Source: Haplodiscus bocki
Lineage: Eukaryota
NCBI GenBank assembly: GCA_965655095.1
Contig: OZ296649.1
Span: forward strand, 38,626,001-38,690,000
Length of the DNA stretch: 64,000 nt
Direction: 5' to 3'
Below are positions 37,821-52,270 of the stretch, piece by piece. A program made the position numbers and the translations under genes. Position 1 is the stretch's first letter, and every line of letters begins with the position of its first letter. The notes beneath the pieces are model-generated. The model was not told the DNA's origin. It saw only the letters and a list, made by a program, of their open reading frames with translations, and did not search any database.

Positions 37821-38249
37821 TCTTGCTTTGTTTGTCCACGCCTCCGCTTGCTACAGCCATCTTTCCCACGTGAGATTGTTTGCATCGAAAGTGAACGGGA
37901 ACTCCAATGATTCCTTTCACAGCTGTGGGAAGGCCATTTGCGGCTCTCAGATTCCGGGTGCAAGTTTTCAAGGTATTTTGACATAATTATTTCAGGTCAT
38001 TGTGAATTTCCGGTCTCAAATATGACACAATTGCTCCACAATCAAAATACTGCATCTACAATTTTGTCAAAATTTTTCATTTCTACGAAGACACTGCCAA
38101 GGTCAACCACTTAATTCAGAGTTACAGTTTGTTGGGGGACATTTGAGGCGTTCACATCGGTACGAAAGCTCTTTTGTGTAGAATGTTGAAATTTTCCTGT
38201 TTAGCTCTTGGGCCTCGACACTCCCGTTGGAAGTGACCAACGCGAACGC

Positions 38250-39275
38250 AAGTGAAACAAGTCTTAGTTCATTGGAAACATGGTTTTTACATTTATAGTG
38301 CCACCATTTCCCGATCTGGCTTCTGGTGCTGCTACCAATGTGGTTTTTGTTACCCGATTTGTTGTTTCTCTGCCTTAACGTCCCGTTGTTGTTCTGTGGT
38401 AGGTTGTTGCTGGTTACTCGCTTGTCACTATTCCATACTCGTTTCTCATGCCGCTTACGACCAGGGTCCTCTGGGAATCGAACTGATCGCGATTTTAAGC
38501 CACCGTTTCGGTTTCGCGAATTACAGTGATTTTCCTAATTACGAGATCTTTGTTCTCCATTTCTTTCCTTAGAGCCGTATCGATTTCCTGTTTTCTGCCT
38601 AAAATCACTCTTATTCTGATTTTGGTCATCTGGGTTTTACTGCTGGTAGTCTTGTTCCGGAGAATCCTTTCTCCAACAGATCGGCGACTTCAACTTTTCG
38701 GTTTCGTTGCGTAGTAAAGGAACCACTTGGTCGGTGGTGTCTGCCTCAGATTTGCTTGCTGCGACTTGGTTCACACTAATGGTCATTGGAGTGTAAATTG
38801 GGGTATTGTTTCGACCCTTGAGAGCGAATAAGAATTCCAGCTCAGTGGCCAGAGTTGGAGCTGCAGTGGCCGCCGTTGAAAAATGCAGGGCGTTTTCTCT
38901 TAATCGCAGAGTAAAAGACCTGGGACGTGATCATATCAGAAGTAGTATCAATTTTGCAACATCGCTGCTGTATTGATTGGCTAGATGTTATCCGAAGATT
39001 TTTTCGGAACCGGTAAACGGTTCAGGCAAGAGGCAAAAAGGAGGCGTAACTGTGGTGCTGGGAAATGCTCAAGAGTAAGCACCCATGGATGCAAAACGTG
39101 GAGCTCCAGGTCCTGGAGTTGTTGAGAAATGTTGTCCCGTTGATGTTCCCGTATGCAATCCTAGAGTCGAGTAGGATCCGGAAGTAACAACATTTTCAGG
39201 AAGGATAGCTAAATTTAAATCTCATGCTGCTAATTGGTCAGCAATTGTTTCAGTTTCACTATCAACGTCGACCAT
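38250..39275 (-). mobile_element. Decayed Gypsy-like gag fragment
   Basis: Starts MVDVDSETETIADQL and contains LPEPFTG, typical of retrotransposon gag N-termini; broken by stops. Confidence 0.45.
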
Positions 39276-41249
39276 GGTAATGGAGCTCTGGCGGTGATTT
39301 TGAGTATGAATAATTTTCACTCATTGAAAGGTGGTCTGTGAGTTAACCAAAGCGTGCTCAATTACAAAGTCTTGTTTACGTATATGGCGTTATTCAGCTA
39401 ATCGCGAATAAAATCAAGTCAAATTGAGAGTAAGAGGAAAATTTTTCAGGTCGACAATTTTCTGGAGGAACATTTGGACGTGATAGTTGAAAAGTTTGAT
39501 TGAGTCTCCGTAATCGTTCCGGCCGTTTTTGTTGATAAAAAGTAGAGCGTGAGATGGACACTTGCGAGTGCAATTGACAAAGTGTTTACCGTCCTCCTGA
39601 GTCATGCCATTAGAACGTCAGATGACGCCAGTCAATGCGGGGGCTCTAATCTTACTTGTTCCGTTACGAGCGGGAAGCTAGCAAAGATGGAAATGTGAGC
39701 AGTTGCTATCGGTTAGAAAAGTGCGCAAAACAGTAAGATTGATTGCTCAAATCTCGGCTAAGCGCGTATGGGAAGCTTCTAGTTGAGTTTTTTTGCTCGT
39801 ACCTAATAACTGTTTCAAAGTATCCTTGAGAAAGTTTGTGTGATCCAGACAATGGTCAGGGAAGTTAAATTCCTCAAGATATGACTCTAGGAGGACTTCA
39901 GGTTGGTCAAAAGAAAGCAGGTTATGGTTTTAGGGGTAATACTTGAGAGTAATTGGAGATTCATCCACCTGGCAGTGATATCAGAGGCTTACGAGTGGGC
40001 TCTTTGGCAGGTTTGTAACTGGTGATGCTACAAGAAAAAAAATTCTAATGGACTACGTTGTGGGGGCAAAATTTAGAACCTTACATTGTTTCTCAGATTC
40101 CGTGGAAATTTTTTGTTGAATTTAATAAGCTTGCACCAGGAAACTTCTGTTATTCTGCGCCCGTGGTACAGAAAATTAAAATTGGCATCAATGCGACGTA
40201 TTTTTACAACCAAGTTTCTAGCTAATTGAAAGAAAACAAAAGTTGTGGATGTGCAGGCCAATGCTGTTTCTCGCCTAATTTATGTGACTCAGAAAGTTAG
40301 ATGTGTGCTGACTGTCGTGGAGTAGCAAAAGATTTATTTACAGAAATGAAAGTTCCGATGTTGATTGGAACGTTTGTTCTGTGTTCTCCTCGAGGTGTTG
40401 AATCAAGCCAGAGGTTTCAATTAGGTAGAAAATACAGACTTTTCGTGGGATTTTGTATTGGGGACAAAAATTTTGGTTGAGAAGTTGAGGCAAAGTGATG
40501 CAACCGTTAGTCGAGTCAAAAGAAGAGAAAACATTGCAAATTTTGATCAAAAAGCGACCAAGTTTTCATTGGTGTGATGGCGCAGCTAGCAGCTATAATT
40601 TTGAATTGCGCGAGAATGAAGGCTTGTCCTAGTAGTACCAGTCGTAGAAGAAACGGCCCGCAAAAAAAGAAAAAGGCAATGAAACAGACAGATGTGATGT
40701 CAAAACCTGTTCTTCTGGAGTCGTTTTGGGAGTAACGTGGCGGAGGGTCAACGGGTTGGCTGCGGTTTAAGACATACATAGTAATTCGACTGATAAGGTT
40801 ATGAAACACTATTAAGAATTGTGAAAAAACTAAAAGTCTAAATGCAAGCCCTCCCAGTGTTCTATACATGGTTAAAATTGAATACCGATGAACCAAACAA
40901 ACATAAAATAGTTTCTCATGTTTATATGTTCGATAAAAACTAAAAAGAAGACAATTAAATTTAACATTTTCAAAGAATCATTCAGAAAAAGAACGACAAC
41001 TTTTCCGAACTCAATTGATTTTGCCTACCTACGCGCCTTATCTGCCGTCTCAATTAGATTTCGAAAGTGGAACATAAACTAGCGGTGGCGCGAGACAAAT
41101 CCTGGGGAAGAGATCTTGAGGCAGTTTTTTGGAAAGTTACAGTCACGCTACATTAAGATGTTTTCAGTTAAAATGATTTGGAACAATCCCACTCCTGTCA
41201 CCAAGCTAACAAATGCGTTAATAGCGCCAATTAAGCAACAAGAGGTTTG

Positions 41250-41830
41250 AGCTTTCATTCGTTTCAAGAACTCGGATGCGGGGACGGTTGCCTTAAGGAA
41301 GTTTCCATAGGATTTCCTTTGAGATTATTGCAATTGAAAAACGATTTTATATACAAAATTGAATTCAATTTTGGGTAAATACGAAGTCCACTGAGATGGC
41401 ACTCTGGCGTGGAAACCTCAAGAGATGAGAACAGAGAGGTTAACAAGCTGCAGAAAGGATACTTGTCAGAGCTAAAATGAGAGGGAGAGAAAAAGGAGAG
41501 AGAGAGAAAGAAAGAAAGAGAGAAAAAGAGAGAGAGAAAGAGAGAGTGAGTGAGAGAAAAGAGGTCTTTCTGTTCATCATGTTTTTTGTCAAATGTTGAT
41601 GATTTTTTTGGCTCGCAGTTTTCATGATTTCTTGAATACCAGAAATTTTACAAATTTTTTCTTGCTGGGTCTCGGTGTGCAACTATGCAAGAAACGCAAC
41701 AAGAATAAAATTCTAAAGTAGGCAATAATGGAAGTTATTTGTAGAGGCACTTGAGTTGTGTGGGCTGGGTGAGAACATCTTTAAAGTGAGAAAGGAATAC
41801 TTTTGGAATTTTTCTCCGGTTTTGTTCTTT
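41250..41830 (+). repeat. Dispersed repeat copy B, with a compound GA-rich tract (~41478-41560)
   Basis: Homologous to 37245-37820. Confidence 0.8.
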
Positions 41831-43149
41831 TTGTCTCTTGTTTTTGCTTGTTTATGTTTCCGTGTTTTCGATAGCATGGTCTCTGGTTTTGTTTGTCCAG
41901 TCTTCCGCTCGCTACACTTGAACCTTGAGTGGTTCGATGTATCCCAAATTGAAAACTCTATTTGTTTTCAACTCGTTATATTGTTCATCCCTCTTTGGTT
42001 CAAAAAAATAGTTTTCCAAAGACATTTTCACAAAGGGTACAATATGCGCATTTCTATCATTTTCCATGAATTTTGTATAGCAATCTTTAATTTGGTATTT
42101 AAGACTAAAAACATTGCTTGGAGTCGTGTCACCAAAGTTGTTCGCGGCTTGGGAAATTTGTTTAGATTCCTTTCAGCTCTATTTCTTTGCATTAGAGTCT
42201 AGATAGCGTGGTGGGCTGCTATAGTGGTTGTACTGAGATGGACGGTTCGTGCCAATGCTGTTCTTTTGGTTGTTCCTTGGGTTGTGATAGGGCAGAAAAT
42301 CCTCTGAGAAGGGGGAAAATAGCAAGCACTAAGTTTGTTTTTATGTATGGACAGATCGCTTGCGAATCAAAGCTCTAGTGTAACTGTAGGCAAACTAGGT
42401 GGCATTTTGAGAAAATCATTTCAACTGGAATTTATTGCCTCAGTGTCCAGATGGTGTCGCGGGTTGCTGTACTCGGGTCGAAGTTTCCTGCAAATAGAAC
42501 ACTATCCAGAAAGTAAATGCAATGTTTGGACAATTCAGCAGGAATTAATTCGAATGACTTGAATAGATCCACGTAGAGAAGAACCACATTTGTGTAGATT
42601 GCAGGGTCTTCCTACACAAAAACATTCTATGCACATTGTAAATAAGTTTGAACTATTGACAAGACTGAAGTTTACTCGTTTTTTGAAAATTCACGTGTCC
42701 GTCAATTGTGTCAAAGATCTGGTTTTCGGACGACTCGCATGTGATGATTTTGATTTTGAGTATCAAAGACTTGGATGAGATTGTAGGCAATATACGTGAA
42801 GCCTACGTCAGAAAAATGCTAGAAGGTGGGTCAAAAAGGGCGTGCGGAAATCATCAAAAAACTTTCTGCATTGTTTTTTGGTAATTCTGAGGCCCCGAAA
42901 AGTTTCGTTTTGAAGATTTGCTTCCCTTAAACTGATCTTTGTTCATATATATCGTCAAAAATTGAAACCTTAATAAACAATTGGATTGTCAAAACACGGA
43001 CATCTATAAAACTGAGCACAACAAAATTTTTCTCGAATGCGCGTAGGAAAACGTGAGCAATCTGAATATAGTGAGATTAAGTCAAAAGTCAAATAAAACT
43101 AAGGCAATTTCCAAAAATCTCAACATTAAAAACCATCAAATTCTGAATT

Positions 43150-43950
43150 GTTGACTAAATTGCCTGTTCAGTTTAGTTTAGTTGTGATTCTCGATTTGTG
43201 AATAGCACGCAAATTGACTCCCGGTTGGTACTGATTTTCCAAAGCTCGTTCCAAAAACATACCTGAAGCTTCGTTGAAGTCTTCCAAAAGGCTTGAAAAA
43301 GACCTCAAAACATCCAAAGAAATTACCAATATATTTGTCTCTGCCATGGGAGATGTCCATCAATTGGGAAAATTTGATCTTCGTCACGCCAAGCGCAGGC
43401 CTCTGTGAGTTTCGATCCCAGACACTTAGGATCAAAGAATAGTAACACTAAGATCAGGCAAGCTCTAAAGCACCGACCACTTCTTTAGGCAAACGCTGAT
43501 TCTCCAGATGAGATGAGGGTTCTAGAGAAACAGTTGCTCCAAGTTCGTTTTCATATGTAAAATTTTGGAAGTCCTAACGACGAGTTGAAACTGATCAACC
43601 AGAACTGTATTCTAATCTTGATTTTGTCGGACCACATAAAAAAACGTTGATGTTATTGCGGAGAGAGTTCTTAGGAACTGACTACCTGATATTTCTTATA
43701 TGTCAATGCTGTTTTTCAATCATTGTGGCATCCATTCTTTGGAAGAGAAGACAGCTGTTGTTGCCTGACTCCGAGAACACGAGCCTATTTCTGTGTTTCA
43801 TACTAAGACGCAGTTGGACACCACGGTCAGCAAAATCGGTTTGTCTGCTTCCGGTTCGTTTAGTGTTATTGTCTGAAATAAGCGTTTATATAGCTGCCAT
43901 GGTGCTGCTTCTATCTTGGGTAGCACATATTCTACAGCATGGGCTGATTC
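43150..43950 (-). mobile_element. BEL/Pao-like gag/protease fragment
   Basis: Minus-strand AFA*RSGRCFRA (knuckle start, from R..F.....CF.CL) and TKIKFSQL.....DKYIG (from L..I.FP......LIG). Confidence 0.35.
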
Positions 43951-44599
43951 CCTAAATGACGCTAATTTCGTTGACTATCAATTTTGATCAGTAGTTTTTC
44001 TCAAGCTCAATCATTGTTTAATCATTTCCTTCATGTCTACATATCATCCCTGTGGATTTAAAAAGAAATCAGTATAAACTGGTTAGCAAATCCTTTGACG
44101 GAACCGTATTCTTTTTTTGCAGCATTTTTGGTAAAAATATATCCCTCACTCTACCACATATTTCTGCTTGTTGACTTCAATTTTCGTTGGGCTCCTCCAT
44201 CAATTTTCAGTTCCACAATAGTGCGAGAGTCCTTGTTTTTAAGCGTCTTCTCTGTTTTTGTATTGATTACCATCATGTTCGATTCTACTCAGACAAATTG
44301 CGATTGTCTTGACAAGGTCCTAGTTCCCTGTCAATTTAGTAATGACATGGTTTCATCTGTTCCTCCATTCAGTCTTCGTCGGATCGTGCTCCCACTGCCC
44401 TCAGTTTTTGGACAATCGCGAATCCAACAGTCTAACAGCGTCCATACTTTAAAAATGGCAAAACCGTTTTTGCATTGTTTTTTTTTCATTTTGGCGGCAA
44501 TTCAGTCTTTTAATTTATCCTCCGCAGAAACATTTTGTTTTTTTTTCTAAACATGTTATTTCGTAATTTCCGTGGCAAACTCTACCGAAGAGTAACATG

Positions 44600-46000
44600 A
44601 TTCACAGCCTCGCTAGTTTGTTTAACACTATTTATGCAATGCACACTGCCATATGAGAAATCGCCTTCAATCATGTTTAAGTCAGAGTCTTTGAGGCTCT
44701 TATCGAGCAATGTTCGGAATTTGATGAATTTCTTTTGTCGCAAACCCAGAATTTTCTGATATGAAGTTTTGCTTGAACTTATCTCCAGTATTCAGGACAA
44801 AAACCAGAGAATCACAATGTTTTCTCAGTATGGAAAACTCTGTCTCTGGACAGAGACTGCCAACGCATTCAACAATTTCTCATCTTCAATTTTCAACCTT
44901 AGTGGGTAAGCTATTGGAGCATTGAATGAAAGAAAAATTATCTTTTCGGCTGATTTTTACAGATTATTCAACTCTAATGACCATGAGACCCGCATGAAGG
45001 TAAAGAACAAAATTGTATATTGGATTTTTGATGAGTTTCCTAATGGCTTCTTAGGAAAAGGTTCGGGATTGTTCTCGACTCCTTTCTGTTCCATCTTGCG
45101 CTGTGTAAACTTGACTGATGAGTTGCTTTAAAGACAAAACTCGTCTTGTTTGAACTCTTGGAACAAAAGGGAAAGCAGTAACCGACTTTGCAATTCATCG
45201 TTCAATTAATCCTCTTACAAAATTAGTTTTCCTATTTTGTGAAAAATTAATGCATAGGGTCTCGGTAGAGGAAATAAAAGATAAGGTTTCTCACAGGTAT
45301 TTTGGATTCCCATCCCACGAATCAACTGTTTTTCAGCCTTCAGAAAAATCAAAACACTTGTCCTTTAATGAAAATGACGTCCACTTCTCAATCAAATATG
45401 ACTTTGAGGGTTTAACACATTCATGCCAAGAAAACTAGAGAAACGTTGGCCTTTTCTCTATTTTCATCTGTTTTGTACTAGTTATGCCTCTGAAAGTTCT
45501 AAAATACTACAGAGAACGGAGTTGCTTCTAAAGACAGTGGAGTAATGACTGGTGTACCACAATGCTCAAATCTTGTGCCTTTGTTGTTCTTGTTACATAT
45601 AAGGGAGTTACCTAGTAACCTTGGACAGCCTTGTGTGGTTGTTTGCTGGTGATGCAAAACTTGTCTTCAATTCTCTGACATTTAATGAAGATCTGGTTAT
45701 ATTCTTCCATTGGACTCAGACTAGAAGAACGATGGTGAATGCCGGAAAAAGTGGGTGCTTTTTTTGGGTCCACTGAGCCAATTGATGAATATGCCGGAAA
45801 CAGCACATATTCTCAGGGCAAGGTGGAAGATCCAATTTTTTCCACTCAGATAAAACATTGTGCACACCTTACATACAGAATAACATTGCAAACAGCAGAT
45901 GAGATTTTTTTTGCAATTGAGAAGCAGAAGTTCCTTGAGAAAGAAATTTTCTATGAAGTTGAAGTTCTTTAATAAATTTGTGACGCCCATACTCTTTCAC
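44600..46000 (-). mobile_element. Possible decayed hAT transposase (Buster/GTF2IRD2-like)
   Basis: Weak ordered matches CITS...G, VVHQSLL (from C.IHQ..L), a W-containing RW-like segment and LNLKI. Highly decayed. Confidence 0.25.
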
Positions 46001-47349
46001 TGTTTTCAGATTTAGTCCCTAATGTAGAGCTCTTGTGAGGTTCCAAGAGAAATGAATGAAGTGTTTCTTTGGCAAAAAGTAAAGTCAGACGGTTTCACTC
46101 CTTAAGATAAGTTAAGGTAAAAACCTTACCAGTCATATAGACTGCAAACTGATGGTTGTTGCTTTTTCATCCACCTTTTTGATGTAATAAAGTTGAAAGA
46201 TTGTTTCATGAAATATTGTGAACAGTTGTTCAACGCCTGTACCAGACGTGGGCTTGCTATTTTGGATGGAAGCATTCGTGCCCAATGTGGTGATTGAATC
46301 AAACCAGTTCAAGGATGGATTGCTTGTGATGTCTATGATAAGTCGTATCATATTAGATGTTTTCGGCTCAGAACGGATTAGCTATCTGTAGCTCATGCCA
46401 CTGAAGCTAAAACAATAGTGTTTCTCTGTGACTCGTATCGTGTTAAAAAACCTAGAAAAAATTTCCCCGAAAGTTCCAGTTCTCAATGGTAATTTGATAG
46501 AAATTTTACCAGACCTGCTTCACAACATTTTAGACAAAATGAAACTTGGAGAACCTAGGCAACTACTTGAAAAATTACAGATTGGTGTTACGATATCAAT
46601 GTTATACTACAATACAAGAGAAAACATTATGGTCACCCAGTGAGCAAGGATAATAATCAGAAGCATTGGAAATTTTTAATTGCTTCAGAGTCCTATGAAG
46701 AGCTTTCCCATTCGTTTAAACAGCCTCAATTGTCCTTTGAATAGGATGGCTGCAGAACCAAGGTACTGGATTTACCGACATCAAACATTGCTCCAAACGT
46801 GAAAAATCCTTCACAATAAAACGTTTTACAAACAGAACTTGTAATTCAAAATGTTCCCTGAAAACTTTCTGAAAGCCACCCCGTAAATTCTTCACCTATT
46901 TTTTTAGTAGTGTATCATATGGTGTTCATTCAGGAAAATCGAAGGAAAATCAGGAAGTACTTTCTTTCTCCATAAAATTTTTTTTGTTTAAAGAATTACT
47001 GCAATGCCTCGAATGCGATCCAGTTAGAATGCTCAATTTCAAAGTCTTCCTATTGTCAATCATGAAGTCTGTGAATTCGGTGAACATCTAAATTGGCCTA
47101 CTTTTAAAGCTCTGAAGAAACTTAGGCTAAGGGATGCTGCTCAAGAGTGGTTGAAAACAAAACCATGTATTGCAAAGCCAAAAAACAACGGACTATCAGA
47201 AGTCTGACTATCATTTTGGTCCCTGTTCTAGGCAGCATCTATTCAGAAAAGTGTTTTCACATCTACTTAGTAACAACGTTCAGGAATATTGATTTGTTAA
47301 CTCTGAAAGACAGTTTTGCCACAATTTTGGCTGACTCGTGTAAACCAAT

Positions 47350-49450
47350 GCTTAGAGGACCGTTATAGCCCCTTGAACCTACTATTCTGGTGGATGCAAC
47401 ATCATTATATAGAGATTGTTATATGATGCCAAATAACTGAATTTCTTCTGTATATAGGATCGACAGTACTTTCACATCAATGTGGGCAAAATGCTTTATC
47501 TGTTTGGTATTAAATGTTATCGACCACCTAAATTTAATGTTGACGTCATTGTTTTCAGACTTGCCGACTATAGGGAAAAGTTTATTTTCGGTGATTGTTA
47601 AACTTCTAGGAGATTTCAATCTACAGGACGGAAATCATCTGACTGATTTCGACGACTCTGGTGATACTCTGAATTAACATGTTTTTTTTTCAGTTTTTTT
47701 CATTTCCAACCGCTCTGGTGGCACATTGCTAAGCCTCATTGTCTCGAAATGTCACCTTAGACAAAAAGACTTTGTTGTTTTCATTGATTTCAGTTCCGGT
47801 CAATTAGATGTTATTTTTTCTCGTGACTCCATCTCATGTTCGTGACATTCCAGTGAATTTCTATTGATGAGATGATGCCAAGCGGTTCAGTTGGAATGAT
47901 GAGCTTGAGTGCGAGTGTGTTCTTTTGAAGCCGTCAGGTTGGGTTGATGCAAAAACAAACAGACTGATGTACCAGATGTTCACATCAATTGACATACGGG
48001 AAATGATAAGCTTGTCCCATTCCAAAAGAAATGAAAATTAAAAGCACAGTGGTCCCTTTTTTGATACAAACCACATCACTGCAGAATAAAAGAGGAAAAA
48101 GGTGGCACTAAGGCTGATGCCAGCAGTTTGACACCTGTTTTAATTTCCACGAAAATATTAAAGAGCATAGTTTCGATATAGATAATCAGGAGTATTTATG
48201 CTACTTCAAATCAAAGCTGATGTTTTTGAATTGAACACGGCTAAATCGCTTTTCATCCTGCTATGTTCTGTGCAACTCTTCAGTTTCATTCAAACTCACA
48301 ACAATGATATTTGAAATCTACAATGAAACTTTACTCAAAAGTTGGACGATTTTTCATCATTGATGATTGCTCAAGTGTTCACCTTCCAATTGTTGTTCCA
48401 AATCTACAAAAATTTCATTAAAATAAATGGCTGTAAGCTAGGTTCACATAATATGGTCTCTAAACCAAGTATCAGCAGCCACGCGAAAAAAACAATCTGT
48501 AACCTTTAATTTTCCCAAACCATCCAAATTACAGTAACAGCTCCCAACAGTTGAAAAGCTTTATCGCCTAAAGAAGGTGTGTTAACCTTTGCTCTGGAAC
48601 ATAGTTTAATCAACACGAACTTTAAAAGCGGTGAACTATTTGCGCCCTCACACAACCGGTCACTTACAAAATCACATTTGTTGTCAACAGCGGAGAGAAA
48701 TTGATTGTCTCGCAACTAATAAAAATCTCAAGTGGCTACTTTTTAATTGACGACGTACAAAGAACCCACATAGCTTGTTATACCACTGACAATACTCCAA
48801 TTCACATTCAAAATCCAGCCCGAAAGTTCATTAGCAATAGACTTGGACTTTTTATCTGCTTCCAACTGCTTGAATTTCGATAGTGTATTAAAGAGAGTGC
48901 TGGTTTCCTTTGAAAGACGCTAGCTTCCATTAGGTCACAGTTAACGGATCAAAGTTAATCAGGACTGTTTGATGGATATAATTTTTTCCCGAGTAATTGT
49001 TGCAAAGGCGATTCACGGGTTTCTGTGCTAAGAACACCTTTGTTTCTGGTTTAATTGACGCTGTTAAATAGATTACTACCACCCCATGAACTAATTATAA
49101 TCGTCTATGCAGTTGACAGAAATTGATTTGCGAAAAGTGACCTCAGTTCAAATGGTGATTCTACTTTTTGTTCGACTTGGAAATCAGCTAATTTTACTGG
49201 CACTTTTCTGCTCCTGAGTTTTTTGTCGGTGGTAAAGAAATACAATGCAGGTTGGTTTCTACTATTGGATCTTTGAATACAGAAACCATTATGCTCCTTG
49301 CTCAAAGTTGTCCACGCTCATGTCTTCAAAACTCTCATGTCTGTTCCCTGACAGCACTTTTGTGTTATTGAGCATGTAATAACAATTTTTTCACCTTGTT
49401 AATTTCATCCACGCAAAAAATATTGGACCAGACATCTGGTGATCTGAGTT
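47350..49450 (+). mobile_element. Decayed CR1-group LINE (APE + RT)
   Basis: LLGDFNL (APE, ~47603), FDSV (~48875), an HGFLC/PLFL remnant of QGSVLGPLLF (~49010) and VYAVD (from YADD, ~49103). Confidence 0.65.
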
Positions 49451-50379
49451 CCTCTGGAAGAATACGTTAGATCGTTTGTATTTACTTGTCTGTATGTTTA
49501 CAATTCTCTATTCCAAGGCATTCCAGGAGACTTTTTCTGAAATTACAATGAATTCGAAATTGTGGAGCTCATCTCATAATTTGCTTTGTTGAAATCACTG
49601 TTGTATAAGCTTTTTTACAGAAGCTTCACTGGTTAGAAGTGATGAAAGTATTCACCACAAAATCTGCATCCCCATGTTCCCAGTCTTTCATTTTCAACCG
49701 TGTGCCGTTCGCCATGGTAATTTTTCTACCAAGGAAGGTGAATCCATGTACCCTAGTCTGCGTGACAAGTTTCTATTCTTGGGTTGAAGAGGATTTGAAA
49801 ATTTTAAGAACCGCATTTTTAAACATCTGATGCAGGTCTTTGGAATGCTCTTCCTGAATCCCTTAAAAAACACTGAGGCTTTGAACGCTTGTCAGAGAAA
49901 ACTGAAATCTCATCTGTTTTTGGTTGATGGCCTTTTTTGTGTTTCATAAAAGAATGAAATATAATGAAGCAATCTAGCGCCGAAAAGGCGACTAGTATTT
50001 TTCGAGAAGTTGATAGAAATAATTCTTCCGAATGTTAAAAAAGAAAGTGAGAGAATGAAAATAATTTGAGATGTAATGTGGCAACGGTTTCCCTTATGAA
50101 AGTTCGGTGGATTCAATCAATTATTCCTATCTTAATGATGTTATCAAAACCGGGTCTGAAATCTATTTTTTTTACTGCTGCAAACCGATGCCATTGGTTT
50201 GTCTTTTGCTTTTGCCCTGTTTGTGCTAGTAGTGTTAGTTTTAAATGAAATGACTTTTGTTGGCACTTTGGAATTCTTTTTCTCTCTTTCTCTCGCTCTC
50301 TCTACAAGTCAAACACCGATAAAGTGAGAAACCAAATACAATGGCGAGCAATTTTTTAGCCAAAACAGCATGCTGCAAG

Positions 50380-52270
50380 CACAGTGCCGAATAGAGGAAA
50401 AGCTCCGTTATTTCAGCAACGTTTCAGTAATTTACATGTTAGGTCGTTCACAGCAGCCGTTGGAACAAGAGTTATAAGCGACGGTTGTGATAACAGAAAA
50501 ATTGAACTGTTCCTCATTTTCCTCGAAAATCACACTATCGAATTCTCGTCCGTTGTCGCTCGAAACTGCATTGGGCGTCTGAAGAGGAATGTCCAAGCCC
50601 TGTTAAAATCAATAACCATAGTGTCTGCAGTTTTGTTGAAATTCATGCACGTCTGATTGAATCTGGTATAAAAGTCAATGACATGTATATAGCATTTACT
50701 TCTGGCCAACTCTGTTAGGTCGTATAAGGCGATGGTGACCACGTCATTGAATTCACCCGACAAATGAAATGAGACACACGATTTATCCTGTTTGCGTCCA
50801 AACTTCTGGCATATGCTTCATTCCTCGCAAACACGATCCACAGGTTCTAACACCTGATGTGGCTGTTTTCCTGCCGATTTCAGTATATCTTTCAGTTTTA
50901 CTAATGGGCAGAGGCCAAATCCTTTGTACAGTTTCTCCAAAATCTGAAGATTTTTCTCTGACGTCAACAGTACAACTTCATTGTTATTCTGTGGCACAAT
51001 AGAAATAGCAGTTTGTGCTGATTGCAAAGTCTCAACAGCAACTGACACGCCGGCCTAGTCGATTGTCAAAACAACCAACTGAAAGCTTCAACTTTGCGCC
51101 CATCTACTTCATTGTGCCAATCGAAAGGAGGAACGGCAGAAATCCGTCAAATATTTGAGATCTTGACCGAAAAACGAAACTGCCTGTCAATAAAATTATG
51201 TCTAGGCAAAATAGGGCCTTAACTTTTGTTCCTCCCCAAGCATAATTTCCACTCTAGATGCATTCTTCGCCATGCTTTTTCTTTTTAGTGCAGTTAGCAT
51301 ACTAATTTAGTCAGAAAACCATTCCTATCCTGCGACGCTGGTTGTGCACGCAGTTTCCAAACTAGCCTCGCCAAGGCATTTCTTTGATAATGCACCAGGC
51401 AACGAGGCAGAGGTAGGGTAAACTTCATCATTTTCGGAATTCTTCCTCTGCTTCTTTTTTCTATGTTACTGACCGGATTTTTCAGGACTGTCTGGGCATT
51501 TCATAGCATAGTGGTTACGAGAACCGCAAATCGCACATGCAGTCACATTTCCTTCCGCATCTCTTGGGTTTCTTCCTGCATTCTTGAAGTTAACCCGTCC
51601 TCGTCCACTTTGGTACTGCCACGTTTCATTGCGCCGTTTATCTACTGAAAAAGCCGGCTCCTATCTCTTAGTGCTTCCATCAGAAGCAACAAGAGCGCTC
51701 TTTTTCGGAGGTCCTGTCCAACACGAAAGAGCGCTTGCAGTAACATTCAAAATCTGTTTAATCGAGGACTTCATCATACTGTATTCGAGTTTTTTCGTGG
51801 TTGAAACTACCGTTAATCGCTCTTTGGCATTAATTTTCGAGGGATACAGTAACTTGCATGCCAAGACATTGTCGGGAACTGTCATATTGTATTCCCCAAG
51901 TCTGGCATGCGCCCTGTCGGATTCTAGAAAGTATGTAATCATGTCAAAACCATCTGCACGTCGTATTGACCTAATTTTTAAGTAGTCCTGGAACGCAACG
52001 TCGACGGCCTCCTTATCAAATGTGGCTTTGCGCTTTGTCAGAAGTTTGGCCAAACCATCTGCTTTCAACTCCTGCAACCTAGGCTCTTTTGAGACTCTCG
52101 CTTCTGATGGTCCAGTGTCAGCGTCACGGCTGGCGCTTGTTGCTCCTTTTTCAAATCGGTCACTGCGATCAATAAATGAATCTCTGCCTTCCACGATTCG
52201 AAGATCATGTCCGCAGTCCATGCGGGTGGGGATTTGTACGAGCTCCTCATGCTCCTGCTACCATGTAAAA
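50380..52270 (-). mobile_element. Decayed Ty1/Copia LTR retrotransposon (GalEa-like), gag-PR-IN
   Basis: Gag FESWKAEIHL...KKEQQAPAVTLTL and VPDNVLACKLL. Knuckle CAICGSRNHYAMKC (CX2CX4HX4C, ~51495-51540). Protease-like VLETACTTSVAG*EW. Integrase FNDVVTI...IHVIDFYTRF and SNGCCER directly after the protease (Copia order). Confidence 0.85.
52252..52263 (-). promoter_or_regulatory. Primer-binding site for initiator tRNA-Met
   Basis: Minus-strand ...TTACA|TGGTAGCAGGAG follows an LTR-like CA end and precedes gag. It matches the complement of the tRNAi-Met 3' end (TGGTAGCAGAG) with one extra G. Confidence 0.75.

Noticed and set aside
44095-44550. 151-aa plus-strand ORF as a host gene
   Set aside because: Phe/Ser-rich composition without motifs or a convincing ATG start; likely antisense to decayed TE sequence.
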